This document shows, in pieces, positions 30,766 through 41,224 of a DNA stretch of 64,000 nucleotides. The position numbers and the translations under genes were made by a program. The stretch is from NCBI GenBank assembly GCA_964248365.1, contig CAXTYC010000004.1, forward strand, positions 128,001 to 192,000, in the 5' to 3' direction. Each line of letters starts with the position of its first letter. The stretch's first letter is position 1. Source of the DNA: an uncultured Chroococcidiopsis sp. Its GTDB lineage: Bacteria; Cyanobacteriota; Cyanobacteriia; Cyanobacteriales; Chroococcidiopsidaceae. The notes under the pieces were generated by a model. That model did no database searches, had not been told where the DNA came from, and saw only the letters and a program-made list of their open reading frames with translations.

Positions 30766-31620
30766 ATGAAGCAAAAAAATAAATTTAGCCACCTGACGGC
30801 AATAGAAAGAATTTACCTATCATTTCCTGCCCAGTTTTTATTAGAGAAAAACCTACTTAAAGGTAAAGTATTAGACTTTGGTTGTGGCAAGGGCAATGAT
30901 GTTAAATTATTGCAACAAAAAGGCTTTGACGTTACAGGTTATGACCCTTATTATTTACCACATTACCCAGATAATAAATATGATACCATAATCTGCTTTT
31001 ATGTTTTAAACGTTTTGTTCCCCCACGAACAAGCTAATATTTTAATGGAAGTTTCCCATCTGTTGAAACCAGGAGGAAAAGCGTATTTTGCAGTTAGAAG
31101 GGACATAAAAAAAGAAGGCTTTCGAGAACATTACATTCACAAAAAACATACATATCAGTGTATTGTTAAACTTCCATTTAAATCAATCCACCAGGATGAG
31201 TACTGCGAAATTTACGAGTATATTCATTATAATCATCAAAGAAATTCATCTAACAAGTGCGTATTTTGTAACCCTCATAAAAGTCTAACTTTACTAACAG
31301 AGTCAGCGACAGCTTATGCTATGCTTGATGGTTATCCCGTGAGTAAAGGTCATGTACTGATCGTACCCAAACGCCATGTTGCTAATTATTTTGAACTGCC
31401 ATTTAAAGAGCAATCTGCCTGCTGGTTTATGGCTAATAAAGTGCAAGAAATTTTAAGCAAAGAATTTTTACCGCACGGATTTAATGTGGGAATGAACATC
31501 AATAAAGACGCAGGTCAAAATATGATGCACGCTAGTATTCATATTATCCCGCGTTACCAAGGTGATGCCGTCCCTTCTAAAGGCGGAATGAGATATGTGA
31601 TTCCTAAAAGACATCAGTAG
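30766..31620 (+). CDS. class I SAM-dependent methyltransferase / HIT-family fusion protein
   Basis: VLDFGCGKG, GYDPYY, YVLNV, LKPGG in the N-terminal half; CVFC, YPVSKGHVLIVPKRH, HASIHIIPR in the C-terminal half. ORF from 30598 but the upstream part overlaps a repeat, so ATG at 30766 is more likely. Confidence 0.88.
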   Translation: MKQKNKFSHLTAIERIYLSFPAQFLLEKNLLKGKVLDFGCGKGNDVKLLQQKGFDVTGYDPYYLPHYPDNKYDTIICFYVLNVLFPHEQANILMEVSHLLKPGGKAYFAVRRDIKKEGFREHYIHKKHTYQCIVKLPFKSIHQDEYCEIYEYIHYNHQRNSSNKCVFCNPHKSLTLLTESATAYAMLDGYPVSKGHVLIVPKRHVANYFELPFKEQSACWFMANKVQEILSKEFLPHGFNVGMNINKDAGQNMMHASIHIIPRYQGDAVPSKGGMRYVIPKRHQ

Positions 31621-31672
31621 GGTGGGCAATGCCCACCTTGCTCAATAAAATGGTGGGCAATGCCCACCCTAC
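31617..31672. repeat. inverted doublet of GTAG-family REPs (REPIN-like)
   Basis: GTAG-GGTGGGCAATGCCCACC...GGTGGGCAATGCCCACC-CTAC; relatives at 33112-33241 and ~38374-38440. Confidence 0.85.
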
Positions 31673-33009
31673 TCTCCTGTAATTGACAAGTTATCAACCC
31701 AGACTCTCGGACATACTCCGCCTGGTGTCAGTTCCACCTCTTTTTCAACAAAAATAATTGACTGCAAGAGTTCGAGAAAATCTCCCGCCACAGTTGCAGA
31801 CTCAATACTTGTCCGTTTGCCATTATTGACTATCCAGCCATCAAACGGTAGGGAAAAAGAACCTTGTAAGGCTTTGACTCCGGCGTGTAGCGCTTGTAAG
31901 TCATCAATCAAAATCACGTTTTCGGCAGTATCCAAGCTGTATTCTTGCTCAGCGGCGGCGGCTGGAAAAACATGATAAAAGTGGGGACTTACACTCACCT
32001 TAGCCCCAATATTAGCGTGTCCTGTGGGTTGAGCATTCATCCGTTGTGCTGTACCAGCACTATGAAGGAAATTTGTCAATACTCCATTTGCGATTAATGA
32101 AACTCGACGGGTTGGTGTACCTTCACCGTCAAATGTTTCTGCTCCGACATTTTCAGGATGCAAGGCATCATCGTCTACAGACAGCAGCGAAGAAGCTATT
32201 TGCTTTCCCAAAGATTCTGGTGTTGAGAGGCTTTGCTTATCTAGAATACTCTGAGCATTAAACAGGTTAGAAAAAGCCCCCAGTAGGCTCAAAAAAGCTT
32301 CGGGTGAGAAAACCACTCGATATTTGCCAGACTTGACTTTTTCATAGTTCAAGTGACTAATCGTTTTTTCGGCAGCTTCCTTTAGACAAGCTTCGATGTC
32401 TAAATCGGCAAGGCTGCGGTTGATGCGAAAAGCACCAGCACTGCGAGGCTTTTTCCCTTCTTCCTCGGTTTTGCTGTACAGATAAATAGAAGCATAGGAA
32501 CGAGCTTCATTTCGGAGTGCGCCATCACTGTTGAGATAAAATCTGTCGATATCTCTTTGGGACAAACCGTTATATGGTATGCCTTTGATGGCTGGGTGAG
32601 CCTCAAGTAGCTCTTTTTCGGCTTTGATTAGGGTGTCAATCAGTTGGGGAACTGGGGCTTGTGGTGCTGTATCTTCTGTTTTGGCTGTAATTGGTGCAGT
32701 CGCTAGGGGGCTGAAATCTGGAATATTTTCTTTGACACCAAAGAAACTGGCTTCCTGGGCTGTTTTCAATGCCAATTCAATGCCGTTGGGATCTACATCT
32801 GTTGTGCTGGTGACTCCTACGGTGTTGTTTTCATTCCATACCCGCACTGTCACCCCAGAACGATTTGAGGCTTTGACTTGTTTGGGTTCTCCCATATCTA
32901 CTTGAACGCTGGTTTCATCTACAGATGAGCCATAAATATCGAATTTTTCAATCCCAAGCTGTTTGGCACTTGCTTGAGCGTAAGTTGCAATTTCTTGAAT
33001 ATTGGGCAT
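31669..33009 (-). CDS. pmbA: TldE/PmbA family protein
   Basis: FDGEG.PT..V.LI.NGVL and TGHA motifs, no HExxH. ORF to 33042, ATG at 33009. Confidence 0.9.
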   Translation of the reverse strand: MPNIQEIATYAQASAKQLGIEKFDIYGSSVDETSVQVDMGEPKQVKASNRSGVTVRVWNENNTVGVTSTTDVDPNGIELALKTAQEASFFGVKENIPDFSPLATAPITAKTEDTAPQAPVPQLIDTLIKAEKELLEAHPAIKGIPYNGLSQRDIDRFYLNSDGALRNEARSYASIYLYSKTEEEGKKPRSAGAFRINRSLADLDIEACLKEAAEKTISHLNYEKVKSGKYRVVFSPEAFLSLLGAFSNLFNAQSILDKQSLSTPESLGKQIASSLLSVDDDALHPENVGAETFDGEGTPTRRVSLIANGVLTNFLHSAGTAQRMNAQPTGHANIGAKVSVSPHFYHVFPAAAAEQEYSLDTAENVILIDDLQALHAGVKALQGSFSLPFDGWIVNNGKRTSIESATVAGDFLELLQSIIFVEKEVELTPGGVCPRVWVDNLSITGE

Positions 33010-33272
33010 ATCAATTTTGAATTTTGGATTTTTGTCGCGCATAGACGCCCTGAAAGGGCGGCTTCTCGCAGAGTAGGCGCAAAGGCGCTAAGGAGACAGG
33101 AGACAGGACGAGTAAGGTGGGCACCCACCATAAAGATAATTTTTCCTTAAGCGGCGATCGCACAGGAACGAGTTTTAACAGGCAAGAGCGTAGTATCTGA
33201 TGTTGGAATTAAAGGTTTATGGTGGGCATCGCCCACCCTACAGGCAATTGGTGGGCGATGGCTGGCATACAA

Positions 33273-34757
33273 TTATCTGCCGCCTACGGTGATGGAGTCT
33301 ACTTTGATGTGGGGTTGTCCTACGGTTACATAGATGCTGCCGCTAACAGAGCCGCAAAAACCCGCAGCAAGTCCTAAGTCTTGAGAAGACATGGAAATTT
33401 TGTTCATGATTTCCTGAGCGTCACCGATGAGGGTTGCTCCTTTGAGTGGCTTGGTAATTTTGCCGTTCTCAATTAGGTAGGCTTCGTCTACGGCAAAGTT
33501 GAACTGTCCTGTAGAACCTACACTACCGCCGCCCATCTTCTTGCAGTAGATGCCTTTGTCGATGGAGGCAAATAAGTCTTCTGTGGTATAATTTCCAGGT
33601 GCGATGTAGGTGTTACGCATCCGCGAGGCTGCTGCATAGGTATAGTTCTGTCGCCGCCCGCTTCCGGTTCTGGGGTGTCCCGTGCGGATGAAACCTGCGC
33701 GATCGCTCAAGAAGTTCTTTAGTATGCCGTTTTCGATTAATAATGTACGTTGGGCTGGCATTCCCTCATCGTCCATGTCAATTGTGCCGAAGGCATCGGT
33801 AGAAAGTCCTTCATCCCAAGCGGTGAGATTTTCGTGGGCAATTTTTTCGCCTTTTTTGTCGGCGAAGGGAGTGGTTTTTCTTTCAATTTGGGTGGTTTCT
33901 AGCAGGTGTCCACAAGCTTCATGGAAGATCACCCCACCAAACTGATTCGCCATTACCAGCGGGTATGTACCTGACTCAATGTAGTCGGCATATAGCATAC
34001 GTCCGGCTGATTCTGCCACTTCTTCAGCAGTAGATTTATAATCCCATGTGCGGAGGAAGTTTGGATCGCTAGTGTCACCAGCACGTTGACCAATTGAAGC
34101 ACGATTAGCACCGTCAGCGCATAAGAGGTTATAGCCTACTGATTGAGTTAGGCGAATATCTCTAGCAAATGTACCATCACTTGCTGCTACTAAGACTTCT
34201 TGCCAATCCCGAAAATAAACTGCTCGGCGGGATTGTACATGATCGGCTTTCAGCTTAAGTTGTTGATTAGCATCTAGTAGCACTTCTCCCATTTCTCGCA
34301 TCGAGCTGCATTGGGTTAGCCATGTATCTTTGCTTTTTTTGGTGGCGTAGTCTCGCAGCAGTTCGAGGTTGATGGGCGGGATATAAGAGTTAGGCGCTGG
34401 TAATTGTAGTCCTAGAATAGATAAACCTTTTTCCAGAGCCGCTTTTAGTCCGGTAAATGACAAATCATTGGTGCTAACGTAGCAGTCAGCTTTACCGCGA
34501 AATACTCTTACACCTGCTCCGGTTGATAGCCTGGGTGAGATGCTGGTGATGGTGTCATCTTCTGCTAAAGTGCTGATGTAGTTGACTCGCTCCAAGAAAA
34601 ATTCGATGAAGTCAGCACCCGCTGCCCGTCCTAAACCTAGTAGGGTGGAAAGGGGAGCTTCCCAAGTTTCATCAAAGCGATCGCGCCCAACATTATAGTT
34701 AAGGTTAGGCAGTTCTCTAGAAAGAAGTAATGTACTTGGATACGTCGATAGCATCAT
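33273..34757 (-). CDS. tldD: TldD metalloprotease
   Basis: HEACGH zinc motif, DDEG, TGSGRR, RMRNTYI and GFCGS. ORF to 34853, ATG at 34757. Confidence 0.93.
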   Translation of the reverse strand: MMLSTYPSTLLLSRELPNLNYNVGRDRFDETWEAPLSTLLGLGRAAGADFIEFFLERVNYISTLAEDDTITSISPRLSTGAGVRVFRGKADCYVSTNDLSFTGLKAALEKGLSILGLQLPAPNSYIPPINLELLRDYATKKSKDTWLTQCSSMREMGEVLLDANQQLKLKADHVQSRRAVYFRDWQEVLVAASDGTFARDIRLTQSVGYNLLCADGANRASIGQRAGDTSDPNFLRTWDYKSTAEEVAESAGRMLYADYIESGTYPLVMANQFGGVIFHEACGHLLETTQIERKTTPFADKKGEKIAHENLTAWDEGLSTDAFGTIDMDDEGMPAQRTLLIENGILKNFLSDRAGFIRTGHPRTGSGRRQNYTYAAASRMRNTYIAPGNYTTEDLFASIDKGIYCKKMGGGSVGSTGQFNFAVDEAYLIENGKITKPLKGATLIGDAQEIMNKISMSSQDLGLAAGFCGSVSGSIYVTVGQPHIKVDSITVGGR

Positions 34758-34988
34758 CGAGGAGCGTCCTTGCTGAAAGTGACTGACAAAGCCTAGTTCC
34801 TTCAGTCTAGCAATTCTTGAAGACACAAGCTTTTGACAGGCATATCGCACCAATAAGGCAATAAGAAGCGATCGTCCCTTTGTTTTTGTGTACTATCAAA
34901 CAAAAGCTAGTGTTAAGTCATTTTGTAATTTTTGCAATAAAGTTAATTAATTATTACACTTATTAGTAACATCTCATATATCAAAGCT

Positions 34989-35696
34989 ATGCAACGGCAT
35001 AATAAAAAGCGCCAAAAAGCAGAAGAGATAAGCACTACTGATGAAATATTGGTTAAGCAGTATGAGATAGAGCTTTTGCATGAGCAACTAGAGTTTTCGC
35101 GCGAACAGATAGAAACTCTAAACTTACAGCTGGGTTACAAAGAGCAGGAACTCGAACAAATAGAGCAAGAGTTGACGCATACAAATCGTGATTTGTCTAA
35201 TGCAGTGATATTCCAGAAGGTAGAATATGGTGAGGCGCGGCAACTAGCTCAGAAAATTTTGAACAGTAATAAATCTGCTAGCGAGTCTCTAGCCCAGCTA
35301 CTCACTGCTATCTATGGCTGTGCAACCCCTCCAGAGGAATTGGAGCATTTAGACAGCTTAAGTATTATAACAAACTCTTCAACAAGTGCTGAAACTGATC
35401 AGATAGTTGCTCGTTTAAAAGAGGTCAAAGCTCGTTCAAAGCAGCTTTATTCTCAGTACAAAGACCTTCACTTTCAGTTTGCTAACTTGAAAAATACTTT
35501 TGTTAAGGTCAAAGCTCGTTCAAAGCAGCTTTATTCTCAGTACAAAGACCTTCACTTTCAGTTTGCTAACTCGAAAAATACTTTTGTTAAAATGTCTGAG
35601 ATATATACTAACTTAAGGACAGAAACGAAAGGCATTTTTAAGAATCACGTTGATAAAAAAGATTTGAATTCTTCCCCCCCCCCCGATTTTTTCTAA
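34989..35696 (+). CDS. coiled-coil hypothetical protein with an internal 28-aa duplication
   Basis: Heptad-rich; VKARSKQLYSQYKDLHFQFAN(L/S)KNTFVK occurs twice. Confidence 0.75.
   Translation: MQRHNKKRQKAEEISTTDEILVKQYEIELLHEQLEFSREQIETLNLQLGYKEQELEQIEQELTHTNRDLSNAVIFQKVEYGEARQLAQKILNSNKSASESLAQLLTAIYGCATPPEELEHLDSLSIITNSSTSAETDQIVARLKEVKARSKQLYSQYKDLHFQFANLKNTFVKVKARSKQLYSQYKDLHFQFANSKNTFVKMSEIYTNLRTETKGIFKNHVDKKDLNSSPPPDFF
35422..35589. repeat. 84-bp tandem duplication with one mismatch
   Basis: Units start at 35422 and 35506 and differ only at ttg/tcg. Confidence 0.95.
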
Positions 35697-35745
35697 ATAA
35701 TGCGCGAGTTTTAAATTATGACTTTTAAGTTACAAGTGGTGATAA

Positions 35746-35915
35746 CTTAGATCTTGCACCTATGCCATAGTCCGCCTGCTAATTAATTAGCAGGCTCTCA
35801 AGTCAAAGTCTTCTTAAGAAGACTAATATTGGGTTGTAGTCCATTGAAATGGACTTGAGCTATTAGCCCAAAGAAAAAGTAAGAGGCGGTTATTGAAACT
35901 GGTGCAATATGTGAA
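35746..35915. mobile_element. MITE-like element, copy 1 (ends AGATCTTGCACC / GGTGCAATATGT, internal hairpins)
   Basis: Closely similar to 36411-36669 and related to 53057-53227. Confidence 0.8.
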
Positions 35916-36057
35916 GATAACTCAAAACTTAACCTTAACACTTAAAACTACTTTAAACCCGCTCCTACTATTAATTACATTTATTAATTAATTGTTTTGC
36001 CCATTCGTAATATTTATAGAACGTTTGAAATTTGGCATTAGTTTAAATTTAAAGTTG

Positions 36058-36390
36058 CTAATGCCAGTCTTTTTGTGCTTGTTCTAGGACGTAGGCGGAA
36101 ACATCTAGGATCTGCTGTTCACTCAAGCGATCTTTGTATGCTGACATATTATTTTTACCGTTTGTGACTATGTTGGCGATCGCTTCGATTGAATCCATGC
36201 CATATTTTTTCAATGCTTTCTGTTTTAGGTTCTTACCCCGTCTGACGATGTTACCACCGTTGAGATGACAACCAGCACAGTGAACCTCAAAAATTTTGGC
36301 TGCGTTTATCGTATCTGCTCTAACTTGTCTTGTGAAAGTAATATTCAGCACTGTTAGCGTAATTAGCACTACTACTAGTAACTTCTTCAA
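36058..36390 (-). CDS. cytochrome c6-family protein (c6B/C-like paralog)
   Basis: Signal peptide, CAGCH, GGNIVRRGKNL, GKNNMSAY; TTG start with an AGGAGA RBS. Confidence 0.9.
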   Translation of the reverse strand: MKKLLVVVLITLTVLNITFTRQVRADTINAAKIFEVHCAGCHLNGGNIVRRGKNLKQKALKKYGMDSIEAIANIVTNGKNNMSAYKDRLSEQQILDVSAYVLEQAQKDWH

Positions 36391-36410
36391 TCGAATTCTC
36401 CTTGCTTTAA

Positions 36411-36669
36411 CTTAGATCTTGCACCTATTCCATAGTCCGCCTGCTAATTAATTAGCAGGCTCTCAAGCCAAAGTCTTCTTAAGAAGACTAACATTTTCAA
36501 TGGACTTGAGCTATTAGCCCAAAAAAGAAGTAATATCATTTCCCTAAAACTACTAAAGACGATCCCCCCTTGCCCCCCTTATAAAGGGGGGTAGAGGGGA
36601 TCGGATCTGCTGCAAGAATAAACAGAATTGGTATAAGGGGCGGTTATTGAAACTGGTGCAATATGTGAA
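36411..36669. mobile_element. MITE-like element, copy 2, carrying a nested ~103-bp insertion (36531-36636)
   Basis: Direct repeat of 35746-35915, interrupted by TAATATCATTTC...GAATTGGTATAA. Confidence 0.8.
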
Positions 36670-36777
36670 TTTAAGACACAAGCAGTAATGATCCTGACAT
36701 AAACTACCCTGTGGAGTCGAAAATTTGATCCTTGCTTGGTGAGATGATGGCTTAAGTGTCTCCAGATCCCAACGGGT

Positions 36778-38220
36778 ATGACTCGCCAGCGCTTATTTGT
36801 GGTATTGATGGCTTTATTACTGATTTTACTCTCCTGGTGGGGAGTAGCGGCGGCAAGAACTGGGCTGGTGGTGCGTGAGATCGAACGCGATCGCATACCG
36901 ATGCTATATGTCGCGCCCCAACAAACAGAGAAAATACCAGGTGTTCTGGTAGCGCATGGCTACGCGGGTTCCAAGCAGCTAATGCTAGGTTATGCCCATG
37001 TTCTAGCACATGCAGGTTATGCTGTAATGTTGTGGGATGAGGGCGGACATGGAGCCAATCCTACACCGCTAGAGCGTTTTGGATTACAGCATGATCTTGA
37101 GGTTGCATATACAACTTTGCTAGAGCAACCCGAAGTAGATCCTACCCGTCTGGCGTTGCTAGGACATTCTATGGGTAGTGGTGTAGTGATGTCGGCGGCT
37201 ATCAGCAATCCTGACTTTGCTGCTACTATTGCTATATCACCAACAGGCGCAGCTGTCAACTCGCAGGTTCCTCGCAACTTGCAATTGCAAGTAGGCAGTT
37301 GGGAAGTTCGCTTTATTGCCAATGCTCGACGACTGTTGCAACAGGCAGGAGGAGAAAATGAAAATTTGGCACAAGGCAAAGGGCGATCGCTAGTAACTAT
37401 ACCCAACGCCGAACACATCACCATTCTCTTGCGTAATGCTAGTCACCAGGCAGCGAGAAAATGGCTCGATGCTACCTTCGGTATTCAAAATACCAGCAGT
37501 TATGTAGATCTGCGAATGGCTTGGTATGGCTTGCACTTGATAGCATGGTTAGTTTTATTAGGTGCAGTTGCTCCCACCTTGATGCCTGAACGCCTCAATC
37601 AAACAAAGTTACCTATGGTAAGAAGCTGGCTTGGTTTACTCGTTGCCCCAGTTGTAGCATCTGGTGTTTTGACATTAATTAGTAGTAGGAGTGAGATTCA
37701 GAGTCTGGGGGGTGTCTTAGTGGGTGGTGCGGTAGGAATTTGGTTTTGTATAGCTGGAGCAGTATGGTTAGTTGCAGGAGGCATACCACGTCCTAAAGTG
37801 CGATCGCTTGGGTTAGGAATTGCTCTATTTATACTACTTTGGGTTGCTTTTGGGGCAATGGCACAGGTAGTTTGGCTGCAATGGTGGCTAATTCCTGCCC
37901 GTTTGAAACTCTGGTTAGTGCTGTCGCTACTGTGTTTCCCTTGGTTTCTAGCATCAGGGCAGGCGGTGCAAGGGGCAAGAATCGGAAGTAGGTGGCTCTG
38001 GTGGCTAGGGCAAAGTGTAGCACTGGTAGGAGGCTTTTTTTTAACTGTGCAATTTGTGCCGCAACTTAGCTTTATCTTCCTCTTGCTGCCACTATTTCCC
38101 CTATTCATGGCAATGTTTTCCTATACGGCTGCTATGCTCAATGAAGTGTGGAGCTATGCGGTGGGGTGTGCTTTATTTTTTGGTTGGGTAATTACTGCGG
38201 CTTTTCCCTTAGCTGGCTGA
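36778..38220 (+). CDS. alpha/beta hydrolase with a C-terminal multi-TM domain
   Basis: AHGYAGS, GHG and GHSMG nucleophile elbow, EH; hydrophobic C-terminal half. Confidence 0.88.
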   Translation: MTRQRLFVVLMALLLILLSWWGVAAARTGLVVREIERDRIPMLYVAPQQTEKIPGVLVAHGYAGSKQLMLGYAHVLAHAGYAVMLWDEGGHGANPTPLERFGLQHDLEVAYTTLLEQPEVDPTRLALLGHSMGSGVVMSAAISNPDFAATIAISPTGAAVNSQVPRNLQLQVGSWEVRFIANARRLLQQAGGENENLAQGKGRSLVTIPNAEHITILLRNASHQAARKWLDATFGIQNTSSYVDLRMAWYGLHLIAWLVLLGAVAPTLMPERLNQTKLPMVRSWLGLLVAPVVASGVLTLISSRSEIQSLGGVLVGGAVGIWFCIAGAVWLVAGGIPRPKVRSLGLGIALFILLWVAFGAMAQVVWLQWWLIPARLKLWLVLSLLCFPWFLASGQAVQGARIGSRWLWWLGQSVALVGGFFLTVQFVPQLSFIFLLLPLFPLFMAMFSYTAAMLNEVWSYAVGCALFFGWVITAAFPLAG

Positions 38221-38355
38221 GACAATTATCAATTAGCTGTTAGCAGGCGCGCTATTAGCTGTTAGTAGATCTTCTTTGTTTGACTCATATCTTGCATCAG
38301 TATTTCAGTATTTCATTGAGGCAGGGGTTCCTCTATTTTTTGGTTCCTTGGAACC

Positions 38356-38451
38356 TAGCCTTGAAACGAGGGTTGGTGGGTGCCCACCCTACTGTTACCA
38401 GCTTAGCCTTGAAACGAGGGTTGGTGGGCGCCCGCCCTACTGTTACCAGCT
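38356..38451. repeat. 48-bp tandem duplication containing REP remnants
   Basis: TAGCCTTGAAACGAGGGTTGGTGGG(T/C)GCCC(A/G)CCCTACTGTTACCAGCT at 38356 and 38404. Confidence 0.9.
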
Positions 38452-38525
38452 AATTGCTAATAGCTAAAAGCTAAAAGCTTTCTAGACAATTACAATTTTC
38501 CACTTATATTGGTTGGAAGCTTGCT

Positions 38526-39698
38526 TCATGCTTGAAGGCACGATCGCACAAATTTATCTAGCCTGTCCATCCCTTTCTCAATTGTTGTCATATCAGTAGC
38601 ATAGGAAAGACGAATATGATCGTCAGCACCGAAGGCAATACCAGGAATTACAGCAACTTGCACAGTTTCTAGCAAGGCATCACAGAATTCTAAAGATGTC
38701 ATACCAGTTTTACTGATGTTGACAAACAAATAGAAAGCCCCATCGGGTTTAGCAAAGGTAATCTCTGGAATTTCGCCCAGTCTTTGCATCATCACCTGGC
38801 GGCGTTGTGCAAAGCAGGAGCGCATCTGTTCTACGCAATCTTGCGAACTTTCCAAGGCAGCGATCGCGCCGTACTGAGCAAAGGTACAAACATTTGATGT
38901 ACTGTGACCTTGAATAGTACTCACAGCTTTCATCAATTCGAGTGAACCTGCTACATAGCCTACTCGCCAACCTGTCATCGCGTAAGCTTTGGCAAATCCA
39001 TTGCTAATAATGGTGCGCTCAAAAATTTCTTCACCCAAGGAAGCGATGCTCAGATGTTCTGCCCCCTCGTAGATGATCTTTTCATAAATCTCGTCTGAGA
39101 CTACTAAAATATCTTGCTCTACTACTACCTCTGCCAGTGCCTTGATTTCTGCTGGAGTGTAGACAACACCACTGGGATTAGAGGGGGAGTTGAGAATAAA
39201 TAACTTGGTGTTACTCGTAATCGATGAACGGAGTTGTTCTGGGGTGATTTTATAACCACAAGAAGCGTCTGTCTGGACAATTACAGGCACTCCACCCGCT
39301 AGCTTCACCATTTCTGGATAACTTAGCCAGTAGGGGGCGGGAATAATCACCTCATCTCCAGAGTCAATCAGCGCCATCATCAAGTTATACAAGCCATGCT
39401 TGCCGCCATTGGTGACGACGATGTTTTCTGGCTGATAGTCAAGCCCCTTTTGGGCATTTAGAGAAGAGGCGATCGCAGATCTTAACTGGGGTTCCCCAGC
39501 CGCCGCACCGTATTTGGTTTTACCTTCATCCAAGGCTTGTTTAGCCGCAGCCCTAATATGTTCTGGTGTGTCAAAATCTGGTTCCCCAGTGCTGAAACTA
39601 CACACATCAATACCCTCTGCCTTCATTGCCTTGGCTTTCGCGGCGATCGCCAATGTTAAAGAAGGCGTTACCTGACCAACTCTTGCTGCCAGCTTCAT
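38526..39698 (-). CDS. aspC: class I PLP-dependent (aspartate) aminotransferase
   Basis: [33 protein letters not shown] and IRLSYA motifs; ATG at 39698. Confidence 0.9.
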   Translation of the reverse strand: MKLAARVGQVTPSLTLAIAAKAKAMKAEGIDVCSFSTGEPDFDTPEHIRAAAKQALDEGKTKYGAAAGEPQLRSAIASSLNAQKGLDYQPENIVVTNGGKHGLYNLMMALIDSGDEVIIPAPYWLSYPEMVKLAGGVPVIVQTDASCGYKITPEQLRSSITSNTKLFILNSPSNPSGVVYTPAEIKALAEVVVEQDILVVSDEIYEKIIYEGAEHLSIASLGEEIFERTIISNGFAKAYAMTGWRVGYVAGSLELMKAVSTIQGHSTSNVCTFAQYGAIAALESSQDCVEQMRSCFAQRRQVMMQRLGEIPEITFAKPDGAFYLFVNISKTGMTSLEFCDALLETVQVAVIPGIAFGADDHIRLSYATDMTTIEKGMDRLDKFVRSCLQA

Positions 39699-39904
39699 CC
39701 TCACTTCATCCGGCAAAACTCTAATCTATTAAGGATATCTCAGAGTTTAAAGAAGGGGCTAGGGGCAAAGGCTAGGGGCTAGGGGATTTTAGATTTTAGA
39801 TTTTGGATTTTGGATTAGATTTTCTCCCCCTGCTCCCCCTGCTCCCCCTGCTCCCCCTGCTTTCTTCCTACCCTAGCCCCTAGCCCCTAGCCCCCAGTCC
39901 CTTG

Positions 39905-40987
39905 TCAGGCTATGGTGACATCTGGTGACAAATATACATCTTGGATGGCGTGAAATAGTTTCACTCCTTCCTCAAAGGGACGTTGGAAAGTCTTGCGACC
40001 GGAGATCAAGCCAGAACCGCCAGCGCGTTTGTTAATTACGGCTGTGCGAATTGCTTCGGCAAAGTCATTTTTACCAGAAGCACCACCGGAGTTAATTAAT
40101 CCGGCACGACCACAGTAACAGTTCAGCACTTGATAGCGCGTCAAGTCAATCGGGTGATCAGTGACTAAATTTGTGTAGATTCGCTCATCGGTTTTGCCGT
40201 AGCTTTGACCAGTGGCTTTGGCAACTGCTTCGTAGCCGCGATTATATTCTGGTAGCTTTTGTTTAATAATGTCGGCTTCGATTGTCACACCTAGATGATT
40301 TGCTTGTCCTGTCAGATCAGCTGCTAGGTGATAATCTTTGTCTTGCTTAAAGACATTGTTACGCAAATAGCACCACAGGATAGTTGCCATTCCTAATTCA
40401 TGGGCGCGAGCAAAGGCGCGGCTGACTTCCTGAATTTGGCGAGTTGATTGTTCGGAACCAAAGTAAATGGTTGCACCTACAGCGACAGCCCCCAGATTCC
40501 AAGCTTGCTCAACTGAAGCAAACATCACCTGGTCGAATTGATTGGGAAAGGTGAGTAGTTCATTGTGATTGATTTTCGCAATGAAGGGGATTTTATGGGC
40601 ATACTTGCGGGAGACACTACCCAAAACGCCCAAAGTAGTGGCGACAGCGTTGCAACCAGAGGCGATCGCTAGCTTGATAATATTTTCTGGGTCAAAGTAC
40701 ATCGGGTTTGGTGCAAAGGATGCTCCCGCCGAGTGTTCAATTCCCTGGTCTACAGGGAGAATGGAAATATAGCCTGTATTGCCTAACCGCCCGAAGGAAT
40801 ACAGTTGTTGGAGACTGCGTAGCACCTGGGGGTTGCGATCGCTTATGGCAAATATCCGGTCTACAAAGTCTGGACTTGGTAGATGCAGTAAATCTTTGGA
40901 AACTTTTGCTTTGAAGGTAAGTAGATCTTCTGCTTCTTTACCTAGCCAAGACTCGATGGATTGGGGTGCAGATAGCGTTGCGGTCAT
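39905..40987 (-). CDS. fbaB: class I fructose-bisphosphate aldolase
   Basis: [38 protein letters not shown]. Confidence 0.95.
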   Translation of the reverse strand: MTATLSAPQSIESWLGKEAEDLLTFKAKVSKDLLHLPSPDFVDRIFAISDRNPQVLRSLQQLYSFGRLGNTGYISILPVDQGIEHSAGASFAPNPMYFDPENIIKLAIASGCNAVATTLGVLGSVSRKYAHKIPFIAKINHNELLTFPNQFDQVMFASVEQAWNLGAVAVGATIYFGSEQSTRQIQEVSRAFARAHELGMATILWCYLRNNVFKQDKDYHLAADLTGQANHLGVTIEADIIKQKLPEYNRGYEAVAKATGQSYGKTDERIYTNLVTDHPIDLTRYQVLNCYCGRAGLINSGGASGKNDFAEAIRTAVINKRAGGSGLISGRKTFQRPFEEGVKLFHAIQDVYLSPDVTIA

Positions 40988-41019
40988 AAAGAATCCTCAA
41001 AATTTCAACACAACATATA

Positions 41020-41150
41020 TTCAGTTACCAGTTATCAGTTACCAGTTACTCTTTACCAGTTACCAACTACCAGTTATCAGTTATCACTTACCAGGCTTAG
41101 TTATCAGTCACTCTTTACCAACTACCAACTACCAACTACCAGTTATCATT
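41020..41150. repeat. heptamer tandem array (CAGTTAC/CAGTTAT/CAACTAC)
   Basis: Visible STRR-like array upstream of fbaB. Confidence 0.85.
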
Positions 41151-41224
41151 TACACCTAACAGCTAAAAGCTAATCGCGCTCGCGCGCTCAAGCTATTAGA
41201 CTCGCTACTACATAGGGTAACGTT

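Noticed and set aside
28503..34757. Possible RiPP cluster (small peptide, TPR, methyltransferase, TldDE)
   Set aside because: TldD/PmbA are widespread housekeeping proteases. There is no YcaO, radical SAM or lanthipeptide enzyme and no leader motif, and the genes are not co-oriented.
38276..38467. 63-aa ORF with a duplicated SLETRVGG.PPYCYQL (RiPP-precursor-like) or a mini-CRISPR
   Set aside because: It is a 48-bp tandem duplication of REP remnants, with no spacers, no cas genes and no modifying enzymes nearby.
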